A program made the position numbers and the translations under genes. Positions 38,095-47,455 of a DNA stretch of 57,627 bases are shown here, one piece after another. The DNA comes from a virus (lineage: Duplodnaviria; Caudoviricetes). Location: positions 1 to 57,627 of the IMG/VR virus record IMGVR_UViG_3300031702_000006; one strand, written 5' to 3'. The notes below the pieces were generated by a model. It saw nothing but the letters and a program-made list of their open reading frames with translations. It was not told the origin of the DNA and searched no databases. Position 1 is the first letter of the stretch, and every line of letters starts with the position of its first letter.

Positions 38095-38304
38095 TTATAC
38101 CATTTGTTGATTACCTACTGGCCCAAACATACCTTTAATCTTTTCTTGATTAGTCAAAGAATTTGAAGGTACAGGCTGAGGGTTAAAAGCTAAATTTCTA
38201 TTACCTTGCGGCTGTGTAGGATCAGTATTAACAATAGGAACAGCACCTAAATCATTTTGTGCTTGATCTTGTGGGACTGCGCCCGGGTTTATAGCTTGCT
38301 GCAT
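38095..38304 (-). CDS. small Gln/Pro-rich protein
   Basis: ORF track. Confidence 0.6.
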   Translation of the reverse strand: MQQAINPGAVPQDQAQNDLGAVPIVNTDPTQPQGNRNLAFNPQPVPSNSLTNQEKIKGMFGPVGNQQMV

Positions 38305-38305
38305 A

Positions 38306-38752
38306 TTATCTATTTTTATCGTTATTTACATTATGAATTGAAGTGATTAAAACTTTATCTGTGTAGCATAATCCTTTCATTATCTTATTACGTCTAGTGC
38401 TAGTTGGTATATCTTCTTCACCAAGCATTATACGATACATTCTTGCTATTAGCTGTCTACACTTGAATGAAACTTTATATATGTTATATTTCTGAGTGGT
38501 TCTGTTTCTATTTCTAAAAACTACAACCCATCCTTCTTTAACTAATTTGTTCCAGCGTCTATTATCCCAGCTGTAGGAGTATGTACCGATTTTAAAATCT
38601 TGTTTAGTAAATAAACCCATACAGTCAAAGTATATTAACAACTCTAACTCAGCATCATTAAGCTGATTGGTTTTGCAGGCCCATTTACGTATAATTCTAT
38701 AATGCTTAATTAAGTTTAATTCCTTAATATCACTAGATGTTAATTTTCTCAT
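38306..38752 (-). CDS. winged-helix-like DNA-binding protein
   Basis: LNDAELELLIY...WNKLVKEGWV...IYKVS, MarR-like pattern. Confidence 0.55.
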   Translation of the reverse strand: MRKLTSSDIKELNLIKHYRIIRKWACKTNQLNDAELELLIYFDCMGLFTKQDFKIGTYSYSWDNRRWNKLVKEGWVVVFRNRNRTTQKYNIYKVSFKCRQLIARMYRIMLGEEDIPTSTRRNKIMKGLCYTDKVLITSIHNVNNDKNR

Positions 38753-39009
38753 AACACCACAACGACATCCTGTAGCTTAATTACTGTGTATTTTTCTTTA
38801 TCAAACTCAACGCCGTGACCAGCGTGTTTGTCATAGTAGATCTTATCACCTTGTTTTAAAACTTTTATTTCATCACTAACTGAATGAATTGTAGCTTTTC
38901 TATACCTGATGTCTTCTCTATCTTTTTCTATTATAAGTAAACCGCCTTTTGACTTTTCAGCGATTACTTTGTCTGGTGTGATTATAATATTATTACCTAT
39001 TGCTTTCAT
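38749..39009 (-). CDS. groES: co-chaperonin GroES
   Basis: MKAIGNNIII...SKGGLLI...GDKIYY...DVVVVL; coupled to groEL. Confidence 0.9.
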   Translation of the reverse strand: MKAIGNNIIITPDKVIAEKSKGGLLIIEKDREDIRYRKATIHSVSDEIKVLKQGDKIYYDKHAGHGVEFDKEKYTVIKLQDVVVVL

Positions 39010-40549
39010 CGATACGTAAATTATTGATTACACAATCAGTTGATAATATTGTAGTAGCCACGGAAGCTGCATTACGAAGAGCACTTTTCGTAACTAATAA
39101 AGGATCAATAATTCCTGACTTAATCATATTAACCATATTTCCTGTAACCACATCTAGACCTTCTCCTGTACTTTCTGGTATATCATAGTCTAATATGCCA
39201 GCATTAACAAGTATTGTCTTAAACGGCGCCTTAACTGCTTCTAGTAGAGCTTGCTCACTTAATGAACTAGTATCTATAGAATTTGCTGCATTTAGCAGAG
39301 CAATTCCACCACCGGGAACTATACCTTCCTTTATCGCAGCCTTAGTAGCACATATTGCATCTTCTACTCTATCTGTTTTTTCTTTTAATTCAATATCAGA
39401 GTTTGCACCTACTTTAACAACTGCAATCTTAGCTGATAGTCTAGCTAATCGTTTCTCTAGCATTTGAACCTTGAAAGGAGGTGGATTCTTACTTAATTCA
39501 TCTTTAATAAAATCAATTAATCCTAAAACTTCTTCTGACTGACTTTCAATTTGAATGATAGTGTCTTTTTCAGAAGTAATAGACTTAACACATGAACCTA
39601 AGAACTCAGGTTGAATTAAATCCATATCATCGCCTAAATCCTCATTAATAACCGTAGCTCCTGTTAAGCAAGCTAAGTCATCTAGCATTTCTCTTTTGTT
39701 AATACCAAAAGTAGGGGCATTGATAACGTTTACCTTTATATTTCCTTTAGTTTTGTTCATTGCTAACGTAGCGGCAACCGCTGGTTCCATGTCAGCAACA
39801 ATAAGTAAAGGTTTATTGTTTTTTATAACATACTCTAATATAGATTGAATCTGTCTAACATTTTCTACTGGTGATTCCACTAATAGAACTGCAGGATTAT
39901 CTAATTCACATGTTTTCTTTTCTAAGTCAGTCATGAAATGCTGATTCGTAGTACCTTTATCATACTGAACGCCATCAACTATTTCTACTTCTGTATCTGC
40001 TGTAGCTACAGGTTCCATCATAACCACACCTGTCTCTCCTACCGCTCTAAAAGCATCTCCGATTACTTTACCTAAGTAAGGATCATTATTGGTTGAGATA
40101 GTTGCTATCTGGTCAATCATGTCTCCTTTAACTGGAGTACTGTTTTTTTCTAAAAACTTAATAACTTTATTAACAGCTAAGTTAATACCGTTTTTTAAGT
40201 CTCTAGGACTAATATCTTTTTTAACTTTAGATGCTTCAGCTAGTATAGCGTGTGCTAATACTGTTGCTGTTGTAGTTCCGTCGCCAGCTTCCATAACTGT
40301 TTTTCTCGCAGCTTCTTTTAAAAGAGTTGCGCCCATATTCTCTACGGGGTCTAGTAAAACAATTGAGTTGGCTACTGTAACTCCATCTTTAGTAATAATT
40401 GGTCTTCCGGTTGAATCTTCCAATAAAACACACTTACCGCTAGCTCCAAGCGTGGAGCTAACAGCTTTTGTGAGTTTACTTATACCTTCAAATACTTGAT
40501 CTTGAGCTTCTTGCCCAAAATTAAGGTTCTTGACTATTAAGTCTGACAT
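38993..40549 (-). CDS. groEL: chaperonin GroEL
   Basis: ITKDGVTVA, AGDGTTTATVLA, GIVPGGG and GIIDP motifs. Confidence 0.97.
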   Translation of the reverse strand: MSDLIVKNLNFGQEAQDQVFEGISKLTKAVSSTLGASGKCVLLEDSTGRPIITKDGVTVANSIVLLDPVENMGATLLKEAARKTVMEAGDGTTTATVLAHAILAEASKVKKDISPRDLKNGINLAVNKVIKFLEKNSTPVKGDMIDQIATISTNNDPYLGKVIGDAFRAVGETGVVMMEPVATADTEVEIVDGVQYDKGTTNQHFMTDLEKKTCELDNPAVLLVESPVENVRQIQSILEYVIKNNKPLLIVADMEPAVAATLAMNKTKGNIKVNVINAPTFGINKREMLDDLACLTGATVINEDLGDDMDLIQPEFLGSCVKSITSEKDTIIQIESQSEEVLGLIDFIKDELSKNPPPFKVQMLEKRLARLSAKIAVVKVGANSDIELKEKTDRVEDAICATKAAIKEGIVPGGGIALLNAANSIDTSSLSEQALLEAVKAPFKTILVNAGILDYDIPESTGEGLDVVTGNMVNMIKSGIIDPLLVTKSALRNAASVATTILSTDCVINNLRIDESNR

Positions 40550-40580
40550 ATTTAATTTAATTTAATTTGATTGAATTTTA

Positions 40581-40865
40581 CTATTTGAAAGTCTTTACAA
40601 CTTTAGGTCCATTGATGAACTCTACTTTTTTAGAGTAATGATCAACTGATTTATTGATAGCTGTTTCAGCTCCTTCTACAGTTTCTCTTCTTGTTACATC
40701 AATCCAGGCGTCGTTAAGATCCTGGTATTCGGTTTGATAAAACCCATTTGGCAATTGAACAATCCTCCAGTTTGATTTCTCTGATAGGGTTTTCCATAGC
40801 TTAATTGTTTCTTCGGTTACTTGTGGTTGACTATTCCACGATTGAGTCTGGTAAAAAAACGTCAT
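40581..40865 (-). CDS. conserved hypothetical protein
   Basis: NWRIVQLPNGFYQTEY; upstream of groEL. Confidence 0.7.
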   Translation of the reverse strand: MTFFYQTQSWNSQPQVTEETIKLWKTLSEKSNWRIVQLPNGFYQTEYQDLNDAWIDVTRRETVEGAETAINKSVDHYSKKVEFINGPKVVKTFK

Positions 40866-40936
40866 TGGTTTTGGTTTTATTGGTTGGTTTACACTTTTGG
40901 TTTAATCATAGCTAGTAAACCGTTAACTATGTTTTA

Positions 40937-40965
40937 TATTATCACTTGTTTTTAACTATATTTCC
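40937..40965 (-). promoter_or_regulatory. putative late promoter
   Basis: GGAAA-N15-GTGATAATA immediately after a terminator hairpin. Confidence 0.55.
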
Positions 40966-40969
40966 ATAA

Positions 40970-41001
40970 GTTATAGCGCACTGTATTGAGTACGCTATAA
41001 C
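40970..41001 (-). terminator. hairpin after tail fibre gene
   Basis: GTTATAGCG...CGCTATAAC 9-bp inverted repeat. Confidence 0.65.
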
Positions 41002-41012
41002 TATTTGAATTA

Positions 41013-44000
41013 TTATCTAGCTTTTAGTAGTTCTATTTCCGCTTTCAGCTCTTGTATTGATTTAACTAACAAGGGAACTATTTTAGAATAGTCAACCTGT
41101 TGAGTTTCTTCTGCATCTTTTTCTCCTGTTACTGCATCAGGTAAAACCTCTTGAAGTTCGTGAGCCATTACACCATAACTTCTGCTTTCGTCAGATTTCC
41201 ATTTAAAGTCATAAACAGGAATATCAGAAATCATATCCAAACCATTAAAGTCTTGTAAATCTTCTTTTAATCTATAATCAGAAGTTGTGTTGAAAGAGGT
41301 CGAATTACTATTTGCATGCGATATACTACCAGCAGAGGTACTTCCTACAACGAAAAGTGTTGAAATATTTGAGCTACTTACGCTATTTATACCGACTCGT
41401 AATGCTATTCCATCGTCGCCATTATAGCAATTAACTAAAGTTCCACCACTTGATCCAAGAGGATAAACGCCAAAACCATCAGCATCAGTATTTGCAGTTG
41501 TTTGGTTTACTAGAAATTGTCCAGCGTTTGTAAGACGCATTGCTTCTTTTAAGTCAGGCCCTGGTGATCGATTTTGTTTATAGGTGTAAAAAGACATACC
41601 CGCAAGGGCTCCATTAGTAGTTTCATTAACACTTTTTATGCTGCCTCCAATTCCTCCTGTTACCGAAGTATCATTAGCTCCAAAGTTTAATTCTGAATTT
41701 ATTGTACCTACTGCACCATTAATTGGACCTCCTTTAACTTCAATAGCACCTGTAACACCATCTACAGCTTGTACTTGAAGTAAAGCTCCTGGAGTGTCCG
41801 TTCCTATACCGACGTTGCCTTGGTAATCAATAGTGAAAGTTTTCGCCCCATCGCCAGTTATAGGGTTGTTGCCTATTGCTCCACTCTTATAAATATGAAA
41901 ATTACCAGGATTAGAATCCGCGGGACCAATACCCCAGTTTCTAACATTAGCTTGAGTAGCTGTTGAATCAAATCTAATTACAGGTGCTTGGGGGTAGCTA
42001 TTAGTGTTACCTAGTAAAGTAAGTTTACTAGCAGGAGCGTTTGATCCTATACCAACATTACCGTTAGCTGCAATTCTCATGCGTTCGGTATTGTTGTAAG
42101 TAGCAAATGCCATACCCATATCAGCACCACTTGCAATCTCTGCTTTCATAGACACAGAACCTCTAATCACTGCTCCTGGTCCTGAAGCATCTGCCGAGAA
42201 AAAGTCTAGTGAACCTATAGTGTTTCCTATAGCCCACGATCCATCATTCTTCAAGCATCCCAATCTAATTCTAGCTGTATCAACATTAGGACTTTCTACA
42301 TTTAAAAGTGCATCAGGAGTAAGAGTTCCGATACCAATATTGCCTCCTTGTGTTATGACTAAATTTGAACCTCCCACACTGTTAGTGAAATTATATAAAG
42401 GTCTTGCCGCTTCGCTTGTTGTAGCGTTGTAAAATTCTGTCTCAGTGTAAATAGCTCCTCTTTTCATACCTTGAAAAGACTGTGTTGCATTGTAAGAAAG
42501 GCTTATACTTCCGTCAACAGTTAAAGCTGTATCAGGAGCAGCAGTTCCTACACCAACGTTGCCGGTTGATGCTATACGCACTTTTTCTGTGTTGTCCGTC
42601 TTGAATATTATATTAGAATCTACAGAAGTATGATTAGCATCATAATCAGCACTTAAAGTTAAATTTTGATTAGCTAAAAGTTCCGTACTACCTGCTGACC
42701 TTGATATTTTAAAAACTTCATAATTAGGACTTACTCCTCTGCTAAAAATTTGAAAATCCTGACTACCACTTGTACCTACTGTCTGAATTTCTAATAAAGC
42801 AGAAGGTGTACCAGTTCCGATACCAACGCTTTTTGCAAAATTCATATTACCTAAGCTATTAAAAGAAAATGCTGTATCAGGAGCATTTATACCATAAGTA
42901 AAAAACATTGTATCTGAAGACCTTACTATCCTCATTGCTTCATTATTACTTTCTCCTGCTTGTGGTACAAAATAAATTTGATTAGTGCCATCTAAACTTA
43001 CAACTCCTGTAAAAGTCACAGATGTTCCTGTTAAATTTCCTGTTAAAGTTCCACCAGATAGTGGCAAATAAGGTCCACCTTCACCACCACCTGCCTGAAT
43101 AGAAACTACTCCAGCAGCATTAGTTACTAGAGTACCTGCAGATTGGTAACCTTTTAAAGTAAGAACACCAGCAGAAGATATAAGCATTCTTTCAGCAGAA
43201 TTGGTACCAAATCTCATTAAATCGCTACTATGATTATAATCTATAAAACCTCCGGATGTGCTTGCCGCATCTTGAAAATATACACTAGCAGTACCAGTGT
43301 TGGTAGTTGCTATAGTGATTCCATTGTCGTTGTTTGTTGTGTTACCAATAACTAGATTATCAGCATTGACATTAGGAAGTGGTGCCACGAAGTTGTTTCC
43401 GATACCTACGTTACCAGCAGTATTCATCATAACTTTAGTCGTACCCGATAAGTTAAATTCTAAAGCCCCTGTATTTCCTAAAGATATATTTGATCCTATA
43501 GACCATATCGTAGAAAAGTTAAGAATTTTAAAGTCTATCTGTGCGTTTTGACCGGCACCGGTGCTTTCTAGTCTTGCTATTGCATTATTACCTTCTACGT
43601 GTAATTTCCTATCAGGAGTATCAGTCCCGATACCTACATCGCCGGCACCATCAATAAACAAATCCGTATTTGTAGTTGCAGCACCTCTGAAAAATGCATG
43701 CTTACCAGTAGTTGCTTCAGTTCTATACTCATTACGTCCAGTGCCAGCGTCGTGGCCTATAGAACCTCTATATGTTGCATTATTACTAAATTCTATTTGT
43801 TTTCTAGCGTCTGATGTGTCAATAACCATAAGCATTGTTTTCGTACCTAAGTTAGTTACAGAACCAATACCTAATCTCTTATTAGTATTATCCCAATTAA
43901 ACTTTGCATCACCATTTAAATTAGAAGTTGCATCCCAAAAAGTAACTTGAGTAGCCGCACCAGTACCAGTAATTGTACTTCCAGCTTGCCAGGTTGGAGA

Positions 44001-47000
44001 AGCATTACCAGTAGAAGTTAATACTTGACCTGAAGTTCCGTATCCAGTTCCTGAAGAACCCAAAGAAAGAGCTCCAGTTGAAGTAAGACGCATTTTCTCA
44101 GCATTGTTTACTATAAAAGAAACTTCCCCTTGTGTACCTGTAGCAGTTTCCGTTCCTTGTACTGTTCCAATTCTTGCTATTTTAGATGATGATATTAAAT
44201 CCATCATTGCTCTTTGCGGTCCAGTGACAAAGCTAGTTGACTGGGCAGATGAATTTATTGAGCCAGCAACTACTAGTTTTTCGGTAGAAGCAGTAAACCC
44301 GATACCAACGTTACCGCTTGCTTTTACCGTGACAGAATTATTAATTAACATGTCTATAAAGCCACCACCCACGGCTCTATTATATCCTTGAATAAACGCA
44401 CTAGAACCTCCAGCTGAGTACCCTGCCTCGAAACCATTAGTAGCATCATCCGCCACTCTTAAATCTCCTCCAACAACATCTAATTTAAATCCACTGATAG
44501 GAGCATTAGTCCCCATACCAACGTTAGTTCCATTATCAAATATAACAGAATTACCTATACTTGTACCGCCTGCGTTATTCCATTTAGTAACAAAATTTTG
44601 AGTACCAGTTCCTACTACACCTCCAACAGCAGGCACAACACTCCAATCAGTAAATACGGAAGCGCCAGCAAGTTCAGTACTTAAAGCTATTGCTTCTTCA
44701 CCAACATTAACTGCAAGTGAACCGTAAAAACTACCAGCTGTATCAGCTATATAGAAATCACCTTTTGCTATAGCTATAACGCCCGCTGTCCCTGTATACA
44801 ATTGACTACCGCTATTTGCCCCTGAAGTTATAGCGCCAGTAGCGGCGTTAAATGTACCTCTAAACACTAAAGTTCCACTTAAAGCTGTGGTTATTTCGGT
44901 GTCTACATAGTTTTTAGTCGCCGCATCTTGAGCAATTGTAGGGTTTACTACATTCTTTATTTTATGTGTAGACATATCAAGCTCACCGGCAATTGAGATT
45001 ACTACATCAGTTACCAAGGTGTCTCCAGTAGAAATACTACCGCTTCCGCTTATATATGTAAGCACTTGGCCATTTAGATTGGATTGACCTTCTATGTAAG
45101 TTCCAAAACCTATTTGGTTATTACAAGCCTGCCCTATATCTCCACTTGGAACGCTGAATGTTATGGTGGCATTGTTTTGGAATGTTATAGTTACGTTTAC
45201 ACTACTAGCTATAGTTCCGGGGCGGGTACATGGTGAAATTTGCGTATTGGGTGTTACTCCATACTTAGTTCTAAATGCGACTGCTTCAGAAGAGCTTGAA
45301 AAAACCCAACGAATAAAAGAAACTTTACCGTCGTTAATAACATTGCCAAATGGGTCTGAAGAAAAATCAACAGTTGCAACGTTTAGCATATCACAGGACG
45401 TTGATCCTCCGCCCGTTGGTACACAGGGTCCACGACCAAAGAAGTTTATAGTTCCTCCTCCGTTTCCGGGTCCTTTTACTAGACCTATGGTAGAAACTTC
45501 AGAAGCAATTGAATCAACTAAAGAAGTTGTAGTACCAAATTTAGGTAGCTTGTTAATTGTCCCAGAGCCTGTTACATTGTCTATATTATCTACATAATTT
45601 TTAGTTGCGGCATCCTGAGCACTTGTTGGATTTACTACGTTTTTTATTTGATTGGTACTCATGTCAAGCTCACCTTCTACTGAAATTGTGGAAACTAAAG
45701 CGTTTAAGCTAGTAGTTGGACTTATTGTTATAGTTCCACTTCCAGAGACGTAAGTAAGTATTGGACCACATGTTACGCAACCAGGTACTACTCCGTATGA
45801 TCGGCCTAGGTCAATACCATTGGTGAAGTTATTGTTTATAGGTCCTGCTGGATGCGTAAACGTTACAGTAGCTCCATTTGAAAAGTTAAACGTAAATGTT
45901 TTTGTAGATGCAAAACTAGTAGTTCCATCACCAAATGCACCAGGTGGCACACCATATTGTGTTCTAAAAATATCTGCATCAGCAGTGCTATCAAATCTAA
46001 GCCTAAACACAGATAAGTCTGTTAGATTACCAATACCGGTACTTATTCTAAAATTGTCAGTACTAAGATCTAAACTTGCTAAGTTAACGCCTGTTGTAAA
46101 TTCATACGCCATCACCGCTAGCCCAGAACCAAGTCCTTGAGGTTTCATAGCCATACTAGTTGTTCCGTAATTCGAGTTTGCTTCTGAAACTTTAGAATCT
46201 TCTAAAACAGTTTTACCCGTTCCAGTTCCTGAAAACTTAGAAAGAACTTGTCCAGTTCCAGACCCTGTTACTCCTTGAGCTGTACCCGCTATTGTTATTT
46301 CTGTAGCTGAGGTTTGTGTTAGCGTTATACCAGTTCCTTCTGTTAAATTAACAGCAGAATTATCAGTGCCTGATCCAGAGGTTAAATTCAAAGGAACGCT
46401 AGTACCCACTTTAGTACCTGCACTTAAATCGTATTTTTCGTCGTCTACATCTCGCCATAAAAGTTGCGCGCCTGCACCACCAGACGCAAGAACTTGATTA
46501 GCAGTACCAACGGTTGATGGTAATACTAAGGTGTATGTAGCGTTTTGTGAGTGAGGCGGGCTTTGTATAATTACACCATGTGTACCAACTGAACAGTTTA
46601 ATTGTATTTTACCATCACCACCACCAGATCCACTTATAATAACAGCGGCATTATTTTGAGACACTAAAGAGTTGCCTACAACATCGGTATCTGTCCACAT
46701 GGTTAATGTGTTAGCTGTACCCGTACCGGTTAACGATTGTGTATTGTCTATTTTATCCCAAAAACCACCAGCTCCTGTTACTCCGCTAAACAAAGCCCAG
46801 TCACCAATTTGCCAATCTGTATTACCGTCCAATGAAGTAGTACCGGGCACATCTACAACATAGAAATGTCCATTTACACCTACTCCATCGGTTAAAGTAG
46901 GATCATTAATTAGCGCGTTCCAAGCACCTTGAAAAGTAAGTCCAGCTGCGTAGTCTTGCCATACCAAGGTACTATCATTTTGTGATATTAAAATTCTATT

Positions 47001-47435
47001 AGCTGTGCCTGCTAAGAATCCACCAGCTCTTATTGGACCTAGTAAACTAGTTGTTCCGTTAAGTATTATATTGTCAGTGCTATTTAACCCTATCGTCGAG
47101 TTACCAAGTACGCTTAAGTTACCGTTCACGCTGCTGTCTGCCGTGATTAATTGACTTCCAGCTATCGTCATTAATGTTCCGCCTGGAAAAGCATTTTGAG
47201 ACATTATAGAGCCTGTTATCTTAAGACCGTTTTTATTAAATATAGCAACTTGATGATCAAAAGCAGCTGGATCAATAAAATTACCTCCTTGAGCAAAGTC
47301 AGCAATTTGCTGCATTGAAAAGTTTCTAGTAACATTAGACGTGGCTCCGTTGACTATCTTCGTCGATGTACCGATTACTATATCTGTAGCTAATACTGGA
47401 TTAGAACTATCAGGATAACTGTATATTATTGACAT
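41013..47435 (-). CDS. long tail fibre with C-terminal intramolecular chaperone (peptidase S74)
   Basis: many GNVGIGT repeats, DAATKNYVD motifs, TTSDYRLKE cleavage site, GVMAHELQEVLP, VDYSKIVPLLVKSIQEL. Confidence 0.9.
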   Translation of the reverse strand: MSIIYSYPDSSNPVLATDIVIGTSTKIVNGATSNVTRNFSMQQIADFAQGGNFIDPAAFDHQVAIFNKNGLKITGSIMSQNAFPGGTLMTIAGSQLITADSSVNGNLSVLGNSTIGLNSTDNIILNGTTSLLGPIRAGGFLAGTANRILISQNDSTLVWQDYAAGLTFQGAWNALINDPTLTDGVGVNGHFYVVDVPGTTSLDGNTDWQIGDWALFSGVTGAGGFWDKIDNTQSLTGTGTANTLTMWTDTDVVGNSLVSQNNAAVIISGSGGGDGKIQLNCSVGTHGVIIQSPPHSQNATYTLVLPSTVGTANQVLASGGAGAQLLWRDVDDEKYDLSAGTKVGTSVPLNLTSGSGTDNSAVNLTEGTGITLTQTSATEITIAGTAQGVTGSGTGQVLSKFSGTGTGKTVLEDSKVSEANSNYGTTSMAMKPQGLGSGLAVMAYEFTTGVNLASLDLSTDNFRISTGIGNLTDLSVFRLRFDSTADADIFRTQYGVPPGAFGDGTTSFASTKTFTFNFSNGATVTFTHPAGPINNNFTNGIDLGRSYGVVPGCVTCGPILTYVSGSGTITISPTTSLNALVSTISVEGELDMSTNQIKNVVNPTSAQDAATKNYVDNIDNVTGSGTINKLPKFGTTTSLVDSIASEVSTIGLVKGPGNGGGTINFFGRGPCVPTGGGSTSCDMLNVATVDFSSDPFGNVINDGKVSFIRWVFSSSSEAVAFRTKYGVTPNTQISPCTRPGTIASSVNVTITFQNNATITFSVPSGDIGQACNNQIGFGTYIEGQSNLNGQVLTYISGSGSISTGDTLVTDVVISIAGELDMSTHKIKNVVNPTIAQDAATKNYVDTEITTALSGTLVFRGTFNAATGAITSGANSGSQLYTGTAGVIAIAKGDFYIADTAGSFYGSLAVNVGEEAIALSTELAGASVFTDWSVVPAVGGVVGTGTQNFVTKWNNAGGTSIGNSVIFDNGTNVGMGTNAPISGFKLDVVGGDLRVADDATNGFEAGYSAGGSSAFIQGYNRAVGGGFIDMLINNSVTVKASGNVGIGFTASTEKLVVAGSINSSAQSTSFVTGPQRAMMDLISSSKIARIGTVQGTETATGTQGEVSFIVNNAEKMRLTSTGALSLGSSGTGYGTSGQVLTSTGNASPTWQAGSTITGTGAATQVTFWDATSNLNGDAKFNWDNTNKRLGIGSVTNLGTKTMLMVIDTSDARKQIEFSNNATYRGSIGHDAGTGRNEYRTEATTGKHAFFRGAATTNTDLFIDGAGDVGIGTDTPDRKLHVEGNNAIARLESTGAGQNAQIDFKILNFSTIWSIGSNISLGNTGALEFNLSGTTKVMMNTAGNVGIGNNFVAPLPNVNADNLVIGNTTNNDNGITIATTNTGTASVYFQDAASTSGGFIDYNHSSDLMRFGTNSAERMLISSAGVLTLKGYQSAGTLVTNAAGVVSIQAGGGEGGPYLPLSGGTLTGNLTGTSVTFTGVVSLDGTNQIYFVPQAGESNNEAMRIVRSSDTMFFTYGINAPDTAFSFNSLGNMNFAKSVGIGTGTPSALLEIQTVGTSGSQDFQIFSRGVSPNYEVFKISRSAGSTELLANQNLTLSADYDANHTSVDSNIIFKTDNTEKVRIASTGNVGVGTAAPDTALTVDGSISLSYNATQSFQGMKRGAIYTETEFYNATTSEAARPLYNFTNSVGGSNLVITQGGNIGIGTLTPDALLNVESPNVDTARIRLGCLKNDGSWAIGNTIGSLDFFSADASGPGAVIRGSVSMKAEIASGADMGMAFATYNNTERMRIAANGNVGIGSNAPASKLTLLGNTNSYPQAPVIRFDSTATQANVRNWGIGPADSNPGNFHIYKSGAIGNNPITGDGAKTFTIDYQGNVGIGTDTPGALLQVQAVDGVTGAIEVKGGPINGAVGTINSELNFGANDTSVTGGIGGSIKSVNETTNGALAGMSFYTYKQNRSPGPDLKEAMRLTNAGQFLVNQTTANTDADGFGVYPLGSSGGTLVNCYNGDDGIALRVGINSVSSSNISTLFVVGSTSAGSISHANSNSTSFNTTSDYRLKEDLQDFNGLDMISDIPVYDFKWKSDESRSYGVMAHELQEVLPDAVTGEKDAEETQQVDYSKIVPLLVKSIQELKAEIELLKAR
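44900..45690 (-). repeat. internal duplication in tail fibre (two GELDMSTxxIKNVVNPTxAQDAATKNYVD units)
   Basis: near-identical units at about 45590-45690 and 44900-45000. Confidence 0.8.
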
Positions 47436-47455
47436 ATATGCTTGTGTTTTTTATT

